The notes under the pieces: model-generated
Seen by the model: the letters and a program-made list of their open reading frames with translations, nothing else
What the model was told of the DNA's origin: nothing
The model's database searches: none
Translations under genes and position numbers: made by a program
Origin: the human T2T-CHM13v2.0 reference genome, Homo sapiens
Reading direction: 5' to 3' (one strand)
Assembly: GCF_009914755.1 (NCBI RefSeq)
Contig: NC_060926.1
DNA length: 64,000 nt
In this document: positions 1 through 15,318 of the stretch, one piece after another
Position numbering within the stretch: position 1 is the stretch's first letter
How the letters are laid out: each line of letters begins with the position of its first letter

Positions 1-110
1 CCTCAATCTCTTGAGTACCTGGGACTACAGGCACACGGCAACATGCCCAGCTAATTTTTTTGTATTTTAGTAGAGACGGGGATTCACCACGTTGGACAGG
101 GTGGTCTCAA
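1..110 (-). mobile_element. Alu fragment cut by the window edge
   Basis: gggactacaggc...gctaatttttt...tgtattttttagtagagacgggg antisense Alu linker region. Confidence 0.85.
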
Positions 111-157
111 AGTGCTACTAGTTTTTCTAGAGTCTGCTTAGTGTTAGCAGAGTGTGA

Positions 158-489
<332 letters not shown>

Positions 490-1432
490 TTTTCTCTTAT
501 CACCCAGATCCTGGGGCAGAATAGACTGTATTATGTAGGCATAATAGCTTGCTGAGATTGCAGGACTTCACTCTGGACCCAACGTCATTATGGTCCGTTA
601 TTCTTTCACACTTTTCAAATTAATACTAATATGTATTGTAGTGGTGAAAAGAACAATGTAAGTGATTACTAATTCAGATTCCTTTTGGTACTTAAATGTC
701 ACCCTAGTATAAATTATATTCTTAAGCAAAATGAGTAATTTTTTCCAGACAAGTAGATATAATTTGATACAGTTATACTTTGGAGAAGTTTGCTGTGTAT
801 TTCTCTGTAACTAATGAACAGATGAGTGTGTTTTTTAATATTTACTTTTCTTTACATAACTGTTTCAAATAAAAATCTTATCTTTGAAAAACTGTGAAGA
901 TAGTGACCTATGGCTTTTTTAGTGTTCGAGCCTGGAAACATTGTGCTTTAATAGAAATTAAAAATAATAAACATATGTAGGGTTTATTATGTGATTACTT
1001 TTGATTCTGACTAGAATATTGAACTGGGAATTCATATCATGGCTTATATTTGGAACTGCTTTACAATAATATCATATTGATATTCTAATAACCTACTTTA
1101 CAACTTCCATTATGAAGTATATGCATATTTTATATACATTTTTCCATCTTAGCAAGGTTTCAGTGTAATGTCATATACGTTGACAATTTATTATTTCCTT
1201 TATTTCAGATTAACCCAGGGGTATTATAACTACTGATCTCCAAAGAACTGAAAAATAGATTTAAATATTATTCTATAGTATCACACATTTTCAGAATTGG
1301 AAGGGACCTTTGAGGTAATTATAGTGACTGACTTTCAAACATTCCAGGTATATAATATGGGTAACTTCCAAATATTCTTTCTACCTCTTTCCATTGTAAA
1401 CACAAAAATGATAGAGCACACTATATCCCACG

Positions 1433-1746
1433 TGCCACATATGGCCGACTGCCTGATTTTGTAGGGCATTTGAGCTAAGAATGGTGATTATATTTTAAAT
1501 GGTTGAAAAATAATAAAAAAGAAGTTAATATGTTGTGATGTGAATATTATATGAAATTCAAGTTTCAGCATCCTTAAAAAAGTTTCATTGGAGCATAACC
1601 AGGCTCATTTGTGTACATGTTGCCTGTGGCTGCTTTCTTGCTACAAAGGCAAAATTCAGTATTTGTGACAGAGATCATATGGCCTACAATGCCTAAAATA
1701 TTTGTTATCTGGCTCTGGACAAAAAGAGCTTGTCTTTCTCTGGTTT
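1433..1746. mobile_element. hAT-Charlie MITE, MER58B-like
   Basis: Resembles the recalled MER58B consensus (gagctaagaatgg, ttatatgaaattcaa, gcctaaaatattt). Boundaries approximate. Confidence 0.7.
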
Positions 1747-3039
1747 AGAGAATTAACTCTAGAGTGAAGCGCAGTTCTTGATTAGCCTGTCAGTCATATG
1801 AATACCATCTCCTTTGCCAGTGATTGGTTCAAGATGGGCAGGGCTATGTCAGTTAGACTTAGGATAATTTTTCCTGGCCAGGTGAAAAATAACTCATCTA
1901 AGAGAAAGTCACAAAAAAACAATATATTTCTCACTGGATATGAACAAAAATATATATTTCCTTGTTGCTGCTGGAAGCCACCTTATGACCATAAGGAAAA
2001 TCAGCCTGAGGTTAAAGCTTACCCTAGAGGAGGAGGAAGTTAACAAAATCACAGAGAAGCAGAATTATAGCCAACCTAACTTTGATCTTTCTATTTATGT
2101 GAGCCAATAAAATTGTTTTATGTAGTTTAATTTGGGTTTTCTGCTATTGATAAGCCCAGCTTTGTCTCTACTTGATAAGCTGTCACAAAATATGAACATA
2201 TTGAAACCACCACAAATTTCAAACCAGGAACCCATAATCTACATTATGAAAATTACAAAGAAAATCTTGTTCTGGGAAATATTTACTGATAGCCTCAATA
2301 TTCCAATCAGTGCATCAGGTGCCTTATGTCATTAGTCTTGGCACCAATATATGATATAGATATTATTATCTCCATTTTACAAATAAGGACACTTAGGTTA
2401 TTCAACTTTGCAAAGTTGTCTAGCTAGAATGTCATAAAGTGGCCCAAATCTGTCTCCTAGTTCATTTCCATTTCACACTGAAGGAAAACATTGTTGGTAA
2501 GGGAGCATTCTGCTAACTTTGAAACCTTTATTGTACTCAAAAAGGCAGTGGAAGGCAGCTCATTGTAATCTGCTTTACATAAGATGTTAATGCCTAAAAA
2601 ACAATTAGAGTTAATGTTTGATAATCAGAAAGCAGATTAATTACACAAACATCCATTGATGTGATCTTTATATCACTAAGAAACTTAAAATACCTTTACT
2701 TATCTATTTTACTGACATTTTTGATACTATGTATGGTAAATAATCTGCTTAATTATAGACTTCTGAAATCTCACCTTCCAGTCTTTGTTTTGCAGGTATA
2801 GAATATCTTTTTAATCTAACATTCTCAAGGGAGTGTGTTTCCAGCAAAGTTTGAGAAAGGGCTGATTTTCTATCCATATGAAACAGAATTGTTTACTCTC
2901 CAAATTCAGTAACTATATCACTTCATAGGCCTCTTTGCATCAGATTTTCACAGATAGACTTTTGTTCACTTAATGGGGAAACAAGGAAATTAGTCTGTAC
3001 TAGAAAATGGGAAAAAAATTAAAATATAAGTATAAAACC

Positions 3040-3119
3040 AATTTTCAAATTCAAACACGTTATGAATTGTGAATTCAAACACATTATGAATTTTCAAATT
3101 CAAACACATTATGAATTTT
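3040..3119. repeat. Three-copy tandem repeat, period about 24-25 bp
   Basis: Unit aattcaaacacRttatgaatt at 3048, 3072 and 3097. Confidence 0.9.
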
Positions 3120-3469
3120 GATATTATCTCTACAGCTATTCCTCCCATCAGTGTGGATAATAAATAAATAAAGAACTTTCTTCTCAATGCAACTATTCCC
3201 ATTTGAAAAATAATACTTCATAAGAATTATATATTTAAATAGAATGGTTTATAATGAAAATTTGCCCAAATCTTTCTTATTCAACATTTCTACAATGGAA
3301 GATAAATTTCCATTTATAACAGCATGCTTAGAGATTTTTTAAAGAAGTTATTTCTATTTCAAGATGAATAATATTGTTTAGGGCTTGCATATTTGGACTC
3401 AGTGGTTCACGGCTGGCACACGTTCTAGAGGAAAGCTGTGCTTATCTTCTTCCGGCCTTTTCTCTTCAG

Positions 3470-3658
3470 ATATGGTTCTTGACCAACAAGTGAGCTCAGG
3501 TCAGCTGAATGAAGATGTACGCCATAGGGTCCATGAGGCATTGATGAAACAGCATCATCATCAGAATCAGAAAAAACTCACCAACAGGATTCCCATTGTT
3601 CGTTCCTTTGCTGATATTGGCAAGAAACAGTCAGAACCAAATTCCATGGACAAAAATG
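3470..3658 (+). CDS. SLC4A10: SLC4A10 coding exon (probable exon 6), 189 nt, phase 1-1
   Basis: Pyrimidine tract plus CAG acceptor at 3467-3469; donor G|GTAAAT. Encodes (D)MVLDQQVSSGQLNEDVRHRVHEALMKQHHHQNQKKLTNRIPIVRSFADIGKKQSEPNSMDKN, recognisable SLC4 N-terminal domain sequence. Confidence 0.96.
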
Positions 3659-4515
3659 GTAAATGTTTATTTATTGTGCTCTTTATGTCTACTATAGGTC
3701 TCTGACATATCAAAGCGCTTCTAAATCTTTTAAAACTTGTTTTATTTGAAAATGATTTTTTGAAATTCAGATTATTGTAGAATTCTTTTCACATGAGTAT
3801 ATATTCTTATTATCAAGCATCAAGTTGTAAAAATTTTAGAAAAGAACTTAAGTTTCCTGAAAGGTTCAGGAAAAAAATGCAAAGAAAACTAATATTTAAT
3901 AAAAAAACTTTTAGATTTGGCTGCAGAAAACATAAACAGAGCATCTGTGGCATACCAAATAAGGTCCTAGTCTCTGTCCTGTAGCTTAAAAATGTAATGC
4001 AGGGCTTTGACTTACGCCATAGATGGTCTTTTAGTTTAAAGGAATCATGATCATCATCTAGTGTTTGTGGAAAAAAGATATTGGTTTCATGTTGCTCATA
4101 GTCAACAAATTCCATTAGAGAAAATGATTGAAAAGACCAGCCAGTGCATTGTTTGTGGCTTTACATACATTATGGCTGATTCCGGTGCAAGGGCTCATTG
4201 CTGTTTGTAATGCAGCATCTTCAACATCCATGGAGCCACCCCACTTACTATCTTCATAAACCAACATAGATGACCACCATTGTTTCCTAGCAATCAACTT
4301 ACTATGATTTATGCTTCAGACTATTTTGTCTTTCCTGTATTTTTTGTTCTCTCCTTGCGTTTATTTAACCCCTCATCATTTGCAATAAGGAAGTTGCTTA
4401 GGAATCTCCTGTTATCATCCATCCTTTCTATTAGTCTCATGAGAGAAAATGAAGTTACCATGAAGATGATATGAATTTGTTAAACTTCTGTAGGCTTTAA
4501 AAGTTTCCAGTTCTA

Positions 4516-4804
<289 letters not shown>

Positions 4805-7800
4805 AAAAGTTTCCAGTTCTAAAAGATAAAAATTAATGAAAAGTATTTTCAAATGCTTTACTGGAAAGACTGATTTCCACGAATGGATGAAAGCACATGT
4901 AATGACAGCGTGAAATATCATGTAATCTCACCCTTATTTTCAAAAGCTTCAGAGATGCCTTAAATAAAATGTATGAAAATTAGTTTTCTTCAGATTTGCT
5001 TCATATTAATCAGTTTTCATGCTACTGTATCAAATATACATAAAAATATAGGGTAAATGCTTTATTAAATAGATAAAGATGATTAGATGTAATTTTGTCT
5101 CAGAATGTAGAACCAGTTCTTAATGACAAAATCATTTTTGAGATAGTTGATTTTTAGGGCTTTTCAATGACTGAATATAAGTCATTTTTGTTACATACAA
5201 GAGTCTATAGATGTGCACACTTAAGTTCAATAAAATTATTATGAATACTTTATGGTGAATACCAACTTGTGTTTGTAGATTCCACTGAACATTCTGAGGA
5301 GATATAACTTGCTTTGAATCAAATCATATATTTAAAACATATTTATATTCTAAATCACAATTTGCTTTAAAATATGTGATACATAAGATAACAAAACTTG
5401 AGGCTTTTATATTCTAAGAGATGTATTACAAATGCAGTGCTTTTGTTATGCTTATAATGCTAGTATTTATTTGGTATGGTAGTGTTAAAATAGACTCAGT
5501 TATTTACTAATTTTGGCTATGGGATTATGTCTACATGATTCCAAAAACTTTATTAGAATTAACTTCCTAAGAATGCATGCAGATTTTATAAAAATGAACT
5601 TTTACCTTCATAACTTTTGCTAGAAATCAGATAAGATATATGTCTTTAAGAAAGAGGTATGTTTCTTCAAAGAGGCAAGGATCTTGCATTTTGAACTAGT
5701 TAAAATTTATACCTTAAATTTCATTGGAGATAATGTTTACTATAACAATAATTTCATTGCATTTTTTTTTCAGGCAAGAGACTACAGAATTTATTGGAGC
5801 AATGATTTATTGTAATATGCAGATCTAGGCACACTGTTTGTTACTGCTTTAAACTTCTATTAAACATTAGAAGAGATGTTAGAATTATAACTGTGAATCA
5901 CAAATCTACATATAGTCACAAGGTTTTCTGAGAGCCTGCTTTTTGTCTTATTTAGGAAATGGTTTAGTTTTCCCAAAAATCAGAATCTGAGTGGTTCTAA
6001 AGTGATTCTGTCACCATCTGTACAATCAGCCTTTATCTGAACACATACAAATCTTTTCGAGGCATACGTAAGGGCAATAAAAACTTGGAAACATTTCTAA
6101 TAAGATTCATATACCCAATTAAGTATTGTTGTAGAGTATGCTGTCAGAAGTGGTTTTCTAAGCCTAAGCTTATAACACCTCCTTATGACTCTGTTTTGCT
6201 TCCTCACACACTTTGCATAATTATGTGTGTTGAGAATTCTGAAAATATGTATAGACTTCACCAATTTAGAAGTAAATCTCCTACCCAAAAGTGAAAAAAA
6301 GTACAAAAGACCTTTACTGCTAAGGTTCTTAATCTACTTATGAACTCTAAAGCCTGACAAACTCTAGATATATAAACAAATTGAAATTAATAGCCGTAAA
6401 TGTAAATTGGAAATTCTGTTTTAAATATGCAATCAAGATTTAAATTTTTGTGCAATAGTTCAGAGAGATGCAAAAGGATTTCAAAACATCAAAAAAGTAA
6501 AGGTAATACTATTAATTTTTAAAAATCTCCTTAGTAAAATCCATTATGCAAAAAGATTGACTTTTTTAAAAAAAAGATTATAGAATAGAAATTAAATAGA
6601 GCAAAGATTTTTCCAGAAACTTTAAAACAGAACACATTTTCCTCCCTAAGCATAGTGGTAGAAATAAGTCCCCGTTTCTTGTTTAATGTGCTAAAATTAT
6701 CTCAAAAACAAATTGAAGCTTATGTAGATAAACCTGAAAGAGTCATATAGAATAAAGTTTATACTTCCTTAATTGACTTGTGTCTTGAGCATGTTACCTT
6801 GTTAGTACTCTCCGGGGTTAAACATTCAGACACTGTATTTCAAACGGGGTCTTCCCCATTTTAAAGATTAGATTAATAAAATAGTGCATTTCCTTGCTCT
6901 TCTCCTTCCCAAGTCTACCATTCTTTGTCCATTCCTTTTTTAGTGATTTGTGATAATTTGTCAATCTCATCTCTAAACACACTAGTTCACTCGTTTGAAT
7001 AATTTTTTTCTTCGTATTCCGCATTCTCTTCAGGGCTAATGTGAAGGATGCTATGGATTCACCATGCATTTTTAATGCCACCATGCTGTGTTTAACTTTC
7101 ACTTTTCATTAAGCATCAAAACTGTGAGAATTAAATGTCTGATTCTGATGTTTCAATAAAAAGTGACAGTTACATTTGGCAAAACAACAGCAAAAATAAT
7201 AGAAAAATAATATCTACTTTGACATTAGTACCCTGAAAAGGGTATGGGTGGTAAAGCACTCAAAATAAATGTATCGAAAATATTAAAATAATTATTTGAA
7301 TTAGGAAGATTTTCTAAAACTAAAAATAAAACTTTTAAGGGATCTAGAAGACAAATTTTATCAGTATCTGTATTTATCATTTAGGTCATGTATTCAATTA
7401 CCTTTTGAGACATTGGGATTATAAATCTATTATAAAATATTATTATCCTTATGATAATTTTTATATTTTTGAAGATAATTTGGGATTATTAGTTTTCTTA
7501 AGTATAGGATGTCTTTATTCTGCTCTATCCTTTACTAATAATTTCTAACTCTGTTCGTTTTCCTTCACATATCTTTTGTCTCTCCTAATCTGAATACTTT
7601 CCAGTTGTACCTTTTATTTAGGATCTCAAAAGGAGTTACAGTGCAGAAAGTCTCTAACTACTGTTCAACGCCATAAGTTACTGAAAAGCAGTTAGATTTG
7701 GGAGCCTGGGACATAAAGTTCACTCTTTAGGCCTGGGTAGATTTCAGCCCTTAAAGCAATGTACACATATGTATTGTGCATAATATTTATTTATGGTTTT

Positions 7801-10800
7801 GGAAATCAGACCTATTACATTGTAGTTACTTCTTTTACAAATGCTGTACTTTTAATTTTCAGATGCATGCTGTCTTTACGTATTTAGATATATATGCTTT
7901 CTTGCTTTTTTAATACAATGGTCTCATAAATAAGATATCCAGGATTTAAAATTTATCCCTCATAATGTTCTACCTTTGAAGAAAAAATAAAGCTAGAATA
8001 ATAATTCTTGAGATTGCTTGAAAGAAAACTTATTAAAAGATTTGTGTATATTAAATAATTAAACATTGTTTAATAAATATGATATTTTCCACCGCTCCAA
8101 GAAAATCAAGATGACATTGTTGACACAACTGATGGGCCTGCCCAGAGGCTATATTGTCATTACAGTTTTGGAATGTCAAGACTAGATTTTAAGAGCAAAC
8201 ATAATTCTAGTATGAAGTGTTTGAATTTGTTATTTCTTATATTGCATTAATTATTTTCAGGCATACTAATTTTTCTCCGAGTTTAATTGTTTGCATACTT
8301 CTCATGTTTTTGAAGTGTAGCTCACCTAATCAGCATTTTCTAAATATTTAGCCCTTCTTTCTTCATGTTTTCTATTCCCATGAATAAATGTATTGTTACA
8401 CATGTATGTAACTTTGTCATTCATCTTTATATTTCTTTATTTTGCTCTGTCTTGTGTCTGTCTCTAACAGGCTCATCTCATCTCTGTACCTCCCTCATCT
8501 CCTACCCTTTGGGTACTCTAAATGCGTTGAAGGTTTCTGAGGTAGTGTAAACCAGCTTGGTCTCTAGGTTAATAGTAATGTACCTCCATGTCTTCATCCC
8601 AGTTTCCTTCTAGTGCACGTGATTTACAGTGGATTAAGCAGTAGAAAATAATGATACATTTATGCAATATATTCTATTGATACGAATTTGGCCAACTATA
8701 AATTTAAAAGTTGCTAAGCTGCTGTTTTATAATACATATGTGCATACTTAAAGAAGAAGAGAACTATAGCTAAAGACAAATGAGTTAATATAATACTCAA
8801 CAGGGTTTTTGAGAATATACCTTTTTTTCCAATAATGAAGTGTTTTAAAATACTGCTATTAATTAAAGTCATGAAATAGTACTTTTGATGTAATCTCATG
8901 TTCCTTCCTTTATGATAAAGAAACTGTATGATAAAGAAAATGACTTTACCAGTCTCACAATACACTTAGTGAAAAATTTATGGTGTAACAAGCAGAAAAA
9001 CAGCTTCATTTTTCTAGTTAGTATTTACTCAAAATACTCTCAGTTTTCTCCTATGCTAGCCCCATATCTATTATAATTTGCCCTAGAAAAATTCATGGTC
9101 TATAATAACTTTTTATCTGACACATATGATCCCTACATGAAGACTCAAAGAAAAAAAAATGAATTTGTAACTCAAAGAAAAGTAATTCAAACAGGTGCTA
9201 ATATGAATACTATATAATATATATCTTAATTGGTAAGATATCAAACAAATATTAGAAATTTTGATTTAAGGTGAAGAACTGTTGAGCTTAACAAGTCATA
9301 AAAATGTATTTAGTAAATAGCAGAGGAGATATTAGGTTTCTCAAATGTTTCCATTTACGTTTAAATAGTCACAGATACCAGTTAACCTTAGTGATATCTA
9401 CTTTTCATCAGTTTTTTAATAACTTACCATGAATATAATAGATTACTCAATGTCTTTTTTTCATAGTCATCCTCATGCCTCAAAATTTTCTAGGTATTAT
9501 AAAAACAGAAATAATTGAACATTGCAATGACATTCATTTATAGGAAATAATATGGGTAGTGATCAGTGGACAAAGGTAATATAAAGAAACAGGTAAAAAG
9601 CATTTGTTTGTAAGTACTGTGGTATAGCACTTTAAAAAAATTACAGTATACAATTAGCATTCATAAAGCTTCCACACATATATGAGTGCTAAATCCTAAA
9701 CTTATACTAATTTTTTTCCGTGAGGGAAAAATATCCTAGCAAATTCTTTGTTATTCTATTAGGAAAATTTTTACTTCTGGCTGAAGGTAAAATTCTGTAC
9801 CTGAAAATTGCCATTCTGTGAACCATTATTGCCTTAGACATCAGCAAGAAAATAAGAGATGCCCTTCCAAAATCTGAATTTATTGATTCTTCTTATGTAA
9901 TAGTATTTCAGTTAATGAAATTAATTTTGAATTTTAATCCATCATCTTCTTTTGAAAGATGGTAATAATTGGCATAAACTAAATAATTGGCATAGAGAAA
10001 AATATATTTAAACAATGATTACAATTGATAATAGAACTATAAAATCATTTTTAATTTATGAGGTTTCAATTAGTTCTATATACTATAATTCATGCTTGAA
10101 TATTGGTTTTATATATACAGCAAATAAAATGTTAAGCTTTTTAAAAGACTTCTATTTTTTCAAAATAACCCAAATCAAACTTGTTAGCTTAATTTTTAAA
10201 TAGTATCTATACATCGTTCTATATACTACCAAGTTGTGAAAACTGCCTTGAGGATATACACATTTAATGTACATTGTTTCAACTTTAACAAATTAACTTA
10301 CATTTTTAGAAATAATAGACAAGAAATAACAAGATTTGAAGTGCTACTTAAACTTCGCAGGACTTTTGATGTGATTAAATATATTTAATTATGAATATTA
10401 ACGCCTATCATTTAACTACTGCTCTGAAATATAAACGATATACAATTTGTGGTCTTTATGTCTATGTCATAGGCTAGTAGTTTTTATGGCTTTTTATATT
10501 AGCATACATTCTATACACATACCTAGAATCTAGGACTAGCAAGAAGTTTACTGTCATCTGATGTGTCTGCTGCTAGTTAAACTCTCAACTAGGTCATTAT
10601 CAACATCACTTAAAATATTTATAAAAATAGTTTCTAAATCCCTTCTTCATTATCAACCTTATAAAGTAATATTTTCTAAAATTGTTCTTGTTTTAGAACA
10701 AGAATAGCATACAACAATCTCAAAATATATTATTATAATTATTACATAAAATATTAATTATTAATTACTGTAATTATTTACAAGGAGAAATACAAGTATT

Positions 10801-12887
10801 AATATTTTAAACATACTACCTGAGCTGAAGGTAATTTATGAAATGCTCTGCTTAAAGTATACAAATGAAAACATAAGGTATTCAATTTCTTCAAATGTTA
10901 AGTTCCGCATATTTTCTATCCAATTCAAAATTTAATCTCTTCAAAGTTAATGACTTTGCACTGGGTTGACTTTTGTTTTGTATGTGTTTGGTGATAGAAC
11001 TAAATAATTGTTCTTCCATGTAGATTTATACCACACGAAATGAATTATTATAAGAAAGCAGATATGTGTTTATTTAATTTATCCATGACTTGAGTTTCAC
11101 CACTCAATTTTACAGAACATTCAATAAATTTAGTTTTAAATATATCTAATGTTCTAACTCATTAAAATATGGAGAAATGATGTGAAACTGGTGATTGAAG
11201 ACATCTGTTGGTAGCACAAATGCATTATGTAAAAGATTTTTTTAAAACTACAGTTATTATTTTGAGAATGGTAAATTGAATGGCTGCTAATGAACAGTTC
11301 ACAGTCATAGCTGCACATTGTGGTTAGAAATGGGAGAATGAGAATAATTTATGTAGCTTGTGTGACATTTATCTGAAGTTTATATATTTCCCTAGAATAT
11401 GCTATACTCAGAATTTGTGAACATGGTTTGAGGTGAACTTATTTTAAAAAGTCATTTTATTTTCATCTTCTCCAAATATATTCTTTTACATTTTTTAATG
11501 AAAGTAGTGAAATCCTTAAGTTCTAGAAGAATATTAAGCCTATTACTTTCTGGCATTATAACAACTTTAAACCATAAAATTACTCCTATTAATAAATGAC
11601 CCCTGCTTGAGAGGCTTACTAGTCCAAAAAGCAAACTTATAGTAATATTTGAAAGTAAATAATTAGTATTTTTAACCACAGTTGGTAATTTCTAGGTAAC
11701 AAAGAATAAGTGGGTTTTCAGGAGAGAATTTAAGGGAAAGCGTTTTTGTGGGGTTTTTTTGCATTTACACTGGGAGTTTAGAGAATTTCAGTCAGAGACT
11801 GAAGTGATTAGAGATGACACTAAAGGTGAATTTAGAATAAAATTGGGATTTAGGTAGGTAGAGAGAAGAGCCAGACAGAGAGAGTATTTCTAACATCTAC
11901 AACTGACGTGAATAAAAGCAGTATTTTGAGTCATTGAGTTATTATCATAAATATGAGCAAGGCTTCAGAGTTGAGTTGTCTTTATTCATTTCACAGAAAA
12001 AAAAAGATGGGGAGATGTTTAATTTTCATTGCATTGCTAACTATGAACAAATTTCATATGACTTACTGCAAACAATGTTTCATATTTAGTGAATGATGGA
12101 ATTTAACCTTTTCTAGCCATTGCCACACTCCCAGAGCTACTATCCACTTAATTCTCATCATCTTCCCTATAATAGGGAAAAGAACTACAAGATAATTTTG
12201 TTTTAATTTACTGTTAATGCAAAACTAATACAATTCAAGTTTTTATCTTTTCTCACATCACAGACTAGTACCAGTATGCTTATATAATAGAATAGTCAGA
12301 GGCATAAAATCATATCCATAGTGTTCATACTGTGTGAAATAAAGGTATTTCTAACTGAACCCCCTTATATAGAAAACTGTAAGAGTTATGGCCAAAGAAA
12401 TTTTTTTCATTGGTTTGGCTTTTTAGATGCAATAGAACCTAAAAATATACTGTGTAATTTTCAGATAAATATCCGTCCTTTTTAATGCTTTACATTTTAA
12501 ATTCTTCAGGCTGAGCTTACATCTTAACAGATGTCTATCTTGTCTTTTTATATACGCCATTAGTTTTGGTTGGAATCTAGAAATCAATGATGCTTCAAAA
12601 TCCTGGTAACATTTACATATTTTGTAGATAATCCTTATTGAAAATAATCTTTTAGAGTTTTTATCTGAAAATATGTTTATTTTTTACTGAATTCTCCCAT
12701 TTCTACCTGTTACTGATAATAAGAATGTTTGTATTAATATAGATTTATTTATATTGACCCTTCATTCTTACATCATAAATTTATTAAGAAACCTGTTAGT
12801 CTAGTTTAATTGAAGTGCCTATTTCACTCAGTATGTCTACAACTATGTAAGTAATTGTTTGTATTCTGTCACAACAATCTCTTTTAG

Positions 12888-12979
12888 CAGGTCAGGTTGT
12901 TTCTCCTCAGTCTGCTCCAGCCTGTGTTGAAAATAAAAATGATGTTAGCAGAGAAAACAGCACTGTTGACTTTAGCAAG
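12888..12979 (+). CDS. SLC4A10: SLC4A10 coding exon (probable exon 7), 92 nt (89 nt with distal acceptor), phase 1-0
   Basis: Acceptor ctcttttTAG|CAG|GTC; donor AAG|GTGAGC. Encodes (A)GQVVSPQSAPACVENKNDVSRENSTVDFSK in frame with the previous exon. Confidence 0.94.
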
Positions 12980-13269
12980 GTGAGCTTTTCTCCCTCTCAT
13001 CTAAGTAAGTTGCTAAATTACTACTAGAAATTACTACCCATTTTAAGAGGTGTTGACACAATATTTTGCATGCGCTTTTTGTTTCTTGTCAAAGCTTGAT
13101 ATTGTTACAGAAAATGTTAGCATTAAGTCCACATGTAACATTTTGCCTATTCAAAAAAAAAAAAAAAACTGAACCTGTGAGTTTTATGCATAGTATTCAT
13201 GTTTCAGCCACTTGGTATAATGTTATCTCTTCCAATAAAAAGAATAACTGGGCTTCACAGGGAATTTAA

Positions 13270-13607
<338 letters not shown>

Positions 13608-13940
13608 AAGTTTAATCTATTGTTTAAAAACTTTGGCTAGTTTGTGTTCAAAATCACTTTTCTTCTATTTGTGGGAAAGCAAATCATAATATAAAACTGA
13701 ATTGTTAATGTAATTAAGGAAAAGTCATTACTGTAAGGAAATCCTAGAAGGACACAGCAAAACTGAGCAGAGTTTTAAATAAAAACATATTAAGAACTGA
13801 CTGTGTTGAGGGATACATCTAATTGGAGACAACTGAAGTGAAATCATTAACTTGAATGTATTCTTAGAAAATGAGTCAGTGACAATGATGTGATTTTGAT
13901 TAGCAAATTCCTGACATTGTATATGTGCCATTGCAAGCTA

Positions 13941-14240
<300 letters not shown>

Positions 14241-14509
14241 TCAGAGTAATATTTTAATAAAGCCCTTAGCACTGGCAATAATTATAGTAGTGGGAGGAGG
14301 TGGGAATGGATGGAAGCAGTAGAGGAAGTAGCCTGAATCAAGGTTCTGAAAAGATTAATAGTGATCAGCTCCTTGGACCTGTTTCAGAATCCCTCCGACA
14401 ATGCCTAAATAATCTAGATCTAGTTACGTGCATGCTCTCCCTCTGGTGCCTGGCGGAGTCTCCGTGGGAGCATGGTGTACCAGCTTAAGTCTGTTAATTA
14501 TGCGTGCAG

Positions 14510-14599
14510 GGACTGGGAGGCCAACAAAAGGGGCATACTAGTCCATGTGGGATGAAACAAAGGCATGAAAAAGGACCTCCACACCAGCAAGAGAGAGAG
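14510..14599 (+). CDS. SLC4A10: SLC4A10 alternatively spliced 30-aa cassette exon (cassette A, probable exon 8), 90 nt, phase 0-0
   Basis: CAG acceptor with weak pyrimidine tract; donor GAG|GTGAGG. Encodes GLGGQQKGHTSPCGMKQRHEKGPPHQQERE. Symmetric phase, so skipping keeps the frame. Confidence 0.92.
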
Positions 14600-15260
14600 G
14601 TGAGGGCATACTCGGGCTCTATTTCTACAGTGGTTCAAAGCTCATTTCACTGTATGGAGGCATGTGATTCAAACATTAAGCCAGTTGAAATGTATTCCAT
14701 CTGCCACTCTAAGAACTATCTTTTTAAAGCATTGCATCTTCATTCATCTGCAAGTTGGAAAAAGTTGTCACAAACTGCCATACATTTAATTTCTGATATT
14801 CTTAATTTGAAATGATCTTAAAAGCAATAATGTAACGAGCTGCATATTTATGTATAAATGCATTAACAACATAAAGAAGGCATATTTAACATCCTCAGAA
14901 ACAATCATTATAAAGCACATAGCTCCTCCTTTCAAATAAATTGTGATTTAACTTTTTAAAAATAATATAACCTTTATACACTGATTGTGTATCTCCATAT
15001 CATGTTGCTTTTGGTTGTGTGACCTGCCTTTGCAGCCTTCAAGAATACTTCATCACATATGAAAGAAAATGAAGATTGCCAGTTGTAGGCAGTAGTCTCA
15101 TCTTCTGGTCCCCCCTCAAACAGTTAAAACTATGGAAGAGTCAAACTTCGATTTCCTTTCTTTTAATCCTTTTCTTTCTCTTCACATTTGCGATCACTGG
15201 CCCGTTTCATCTTTTAATAGGCAAGTTAAATTTCTAGAGCCCTCTACTTAGTGTCAGCTG

Positions 15261-15318
15261 TTGTTCATAACATGGCACACTGGAAAGTCTCTTGTTCATA
15301 GCATGGCACACTGGAAAG
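15261..15318. repeat. Two-copy tandem duplication (period 31) at the edge of a MIR
   Basis: ttgttcataRcatggcacactggaaag at 15261-15287 and 15292-15318. Confidence 0.88.

Noticed and set aside
3040-3119. CRISPR-like short repeats
   Set aside because: The units are adjacent with no unique spacers, there are no cas genes, and the context is eukaryotic.
3385-3705. ORF-track boundaries for the exon-containing ORFs (also 14504, 22955, 44545, 46195)
   Set aside because: The ORFs run into intron. True boundaries are set by GT-AG sites that give a continuous frame.
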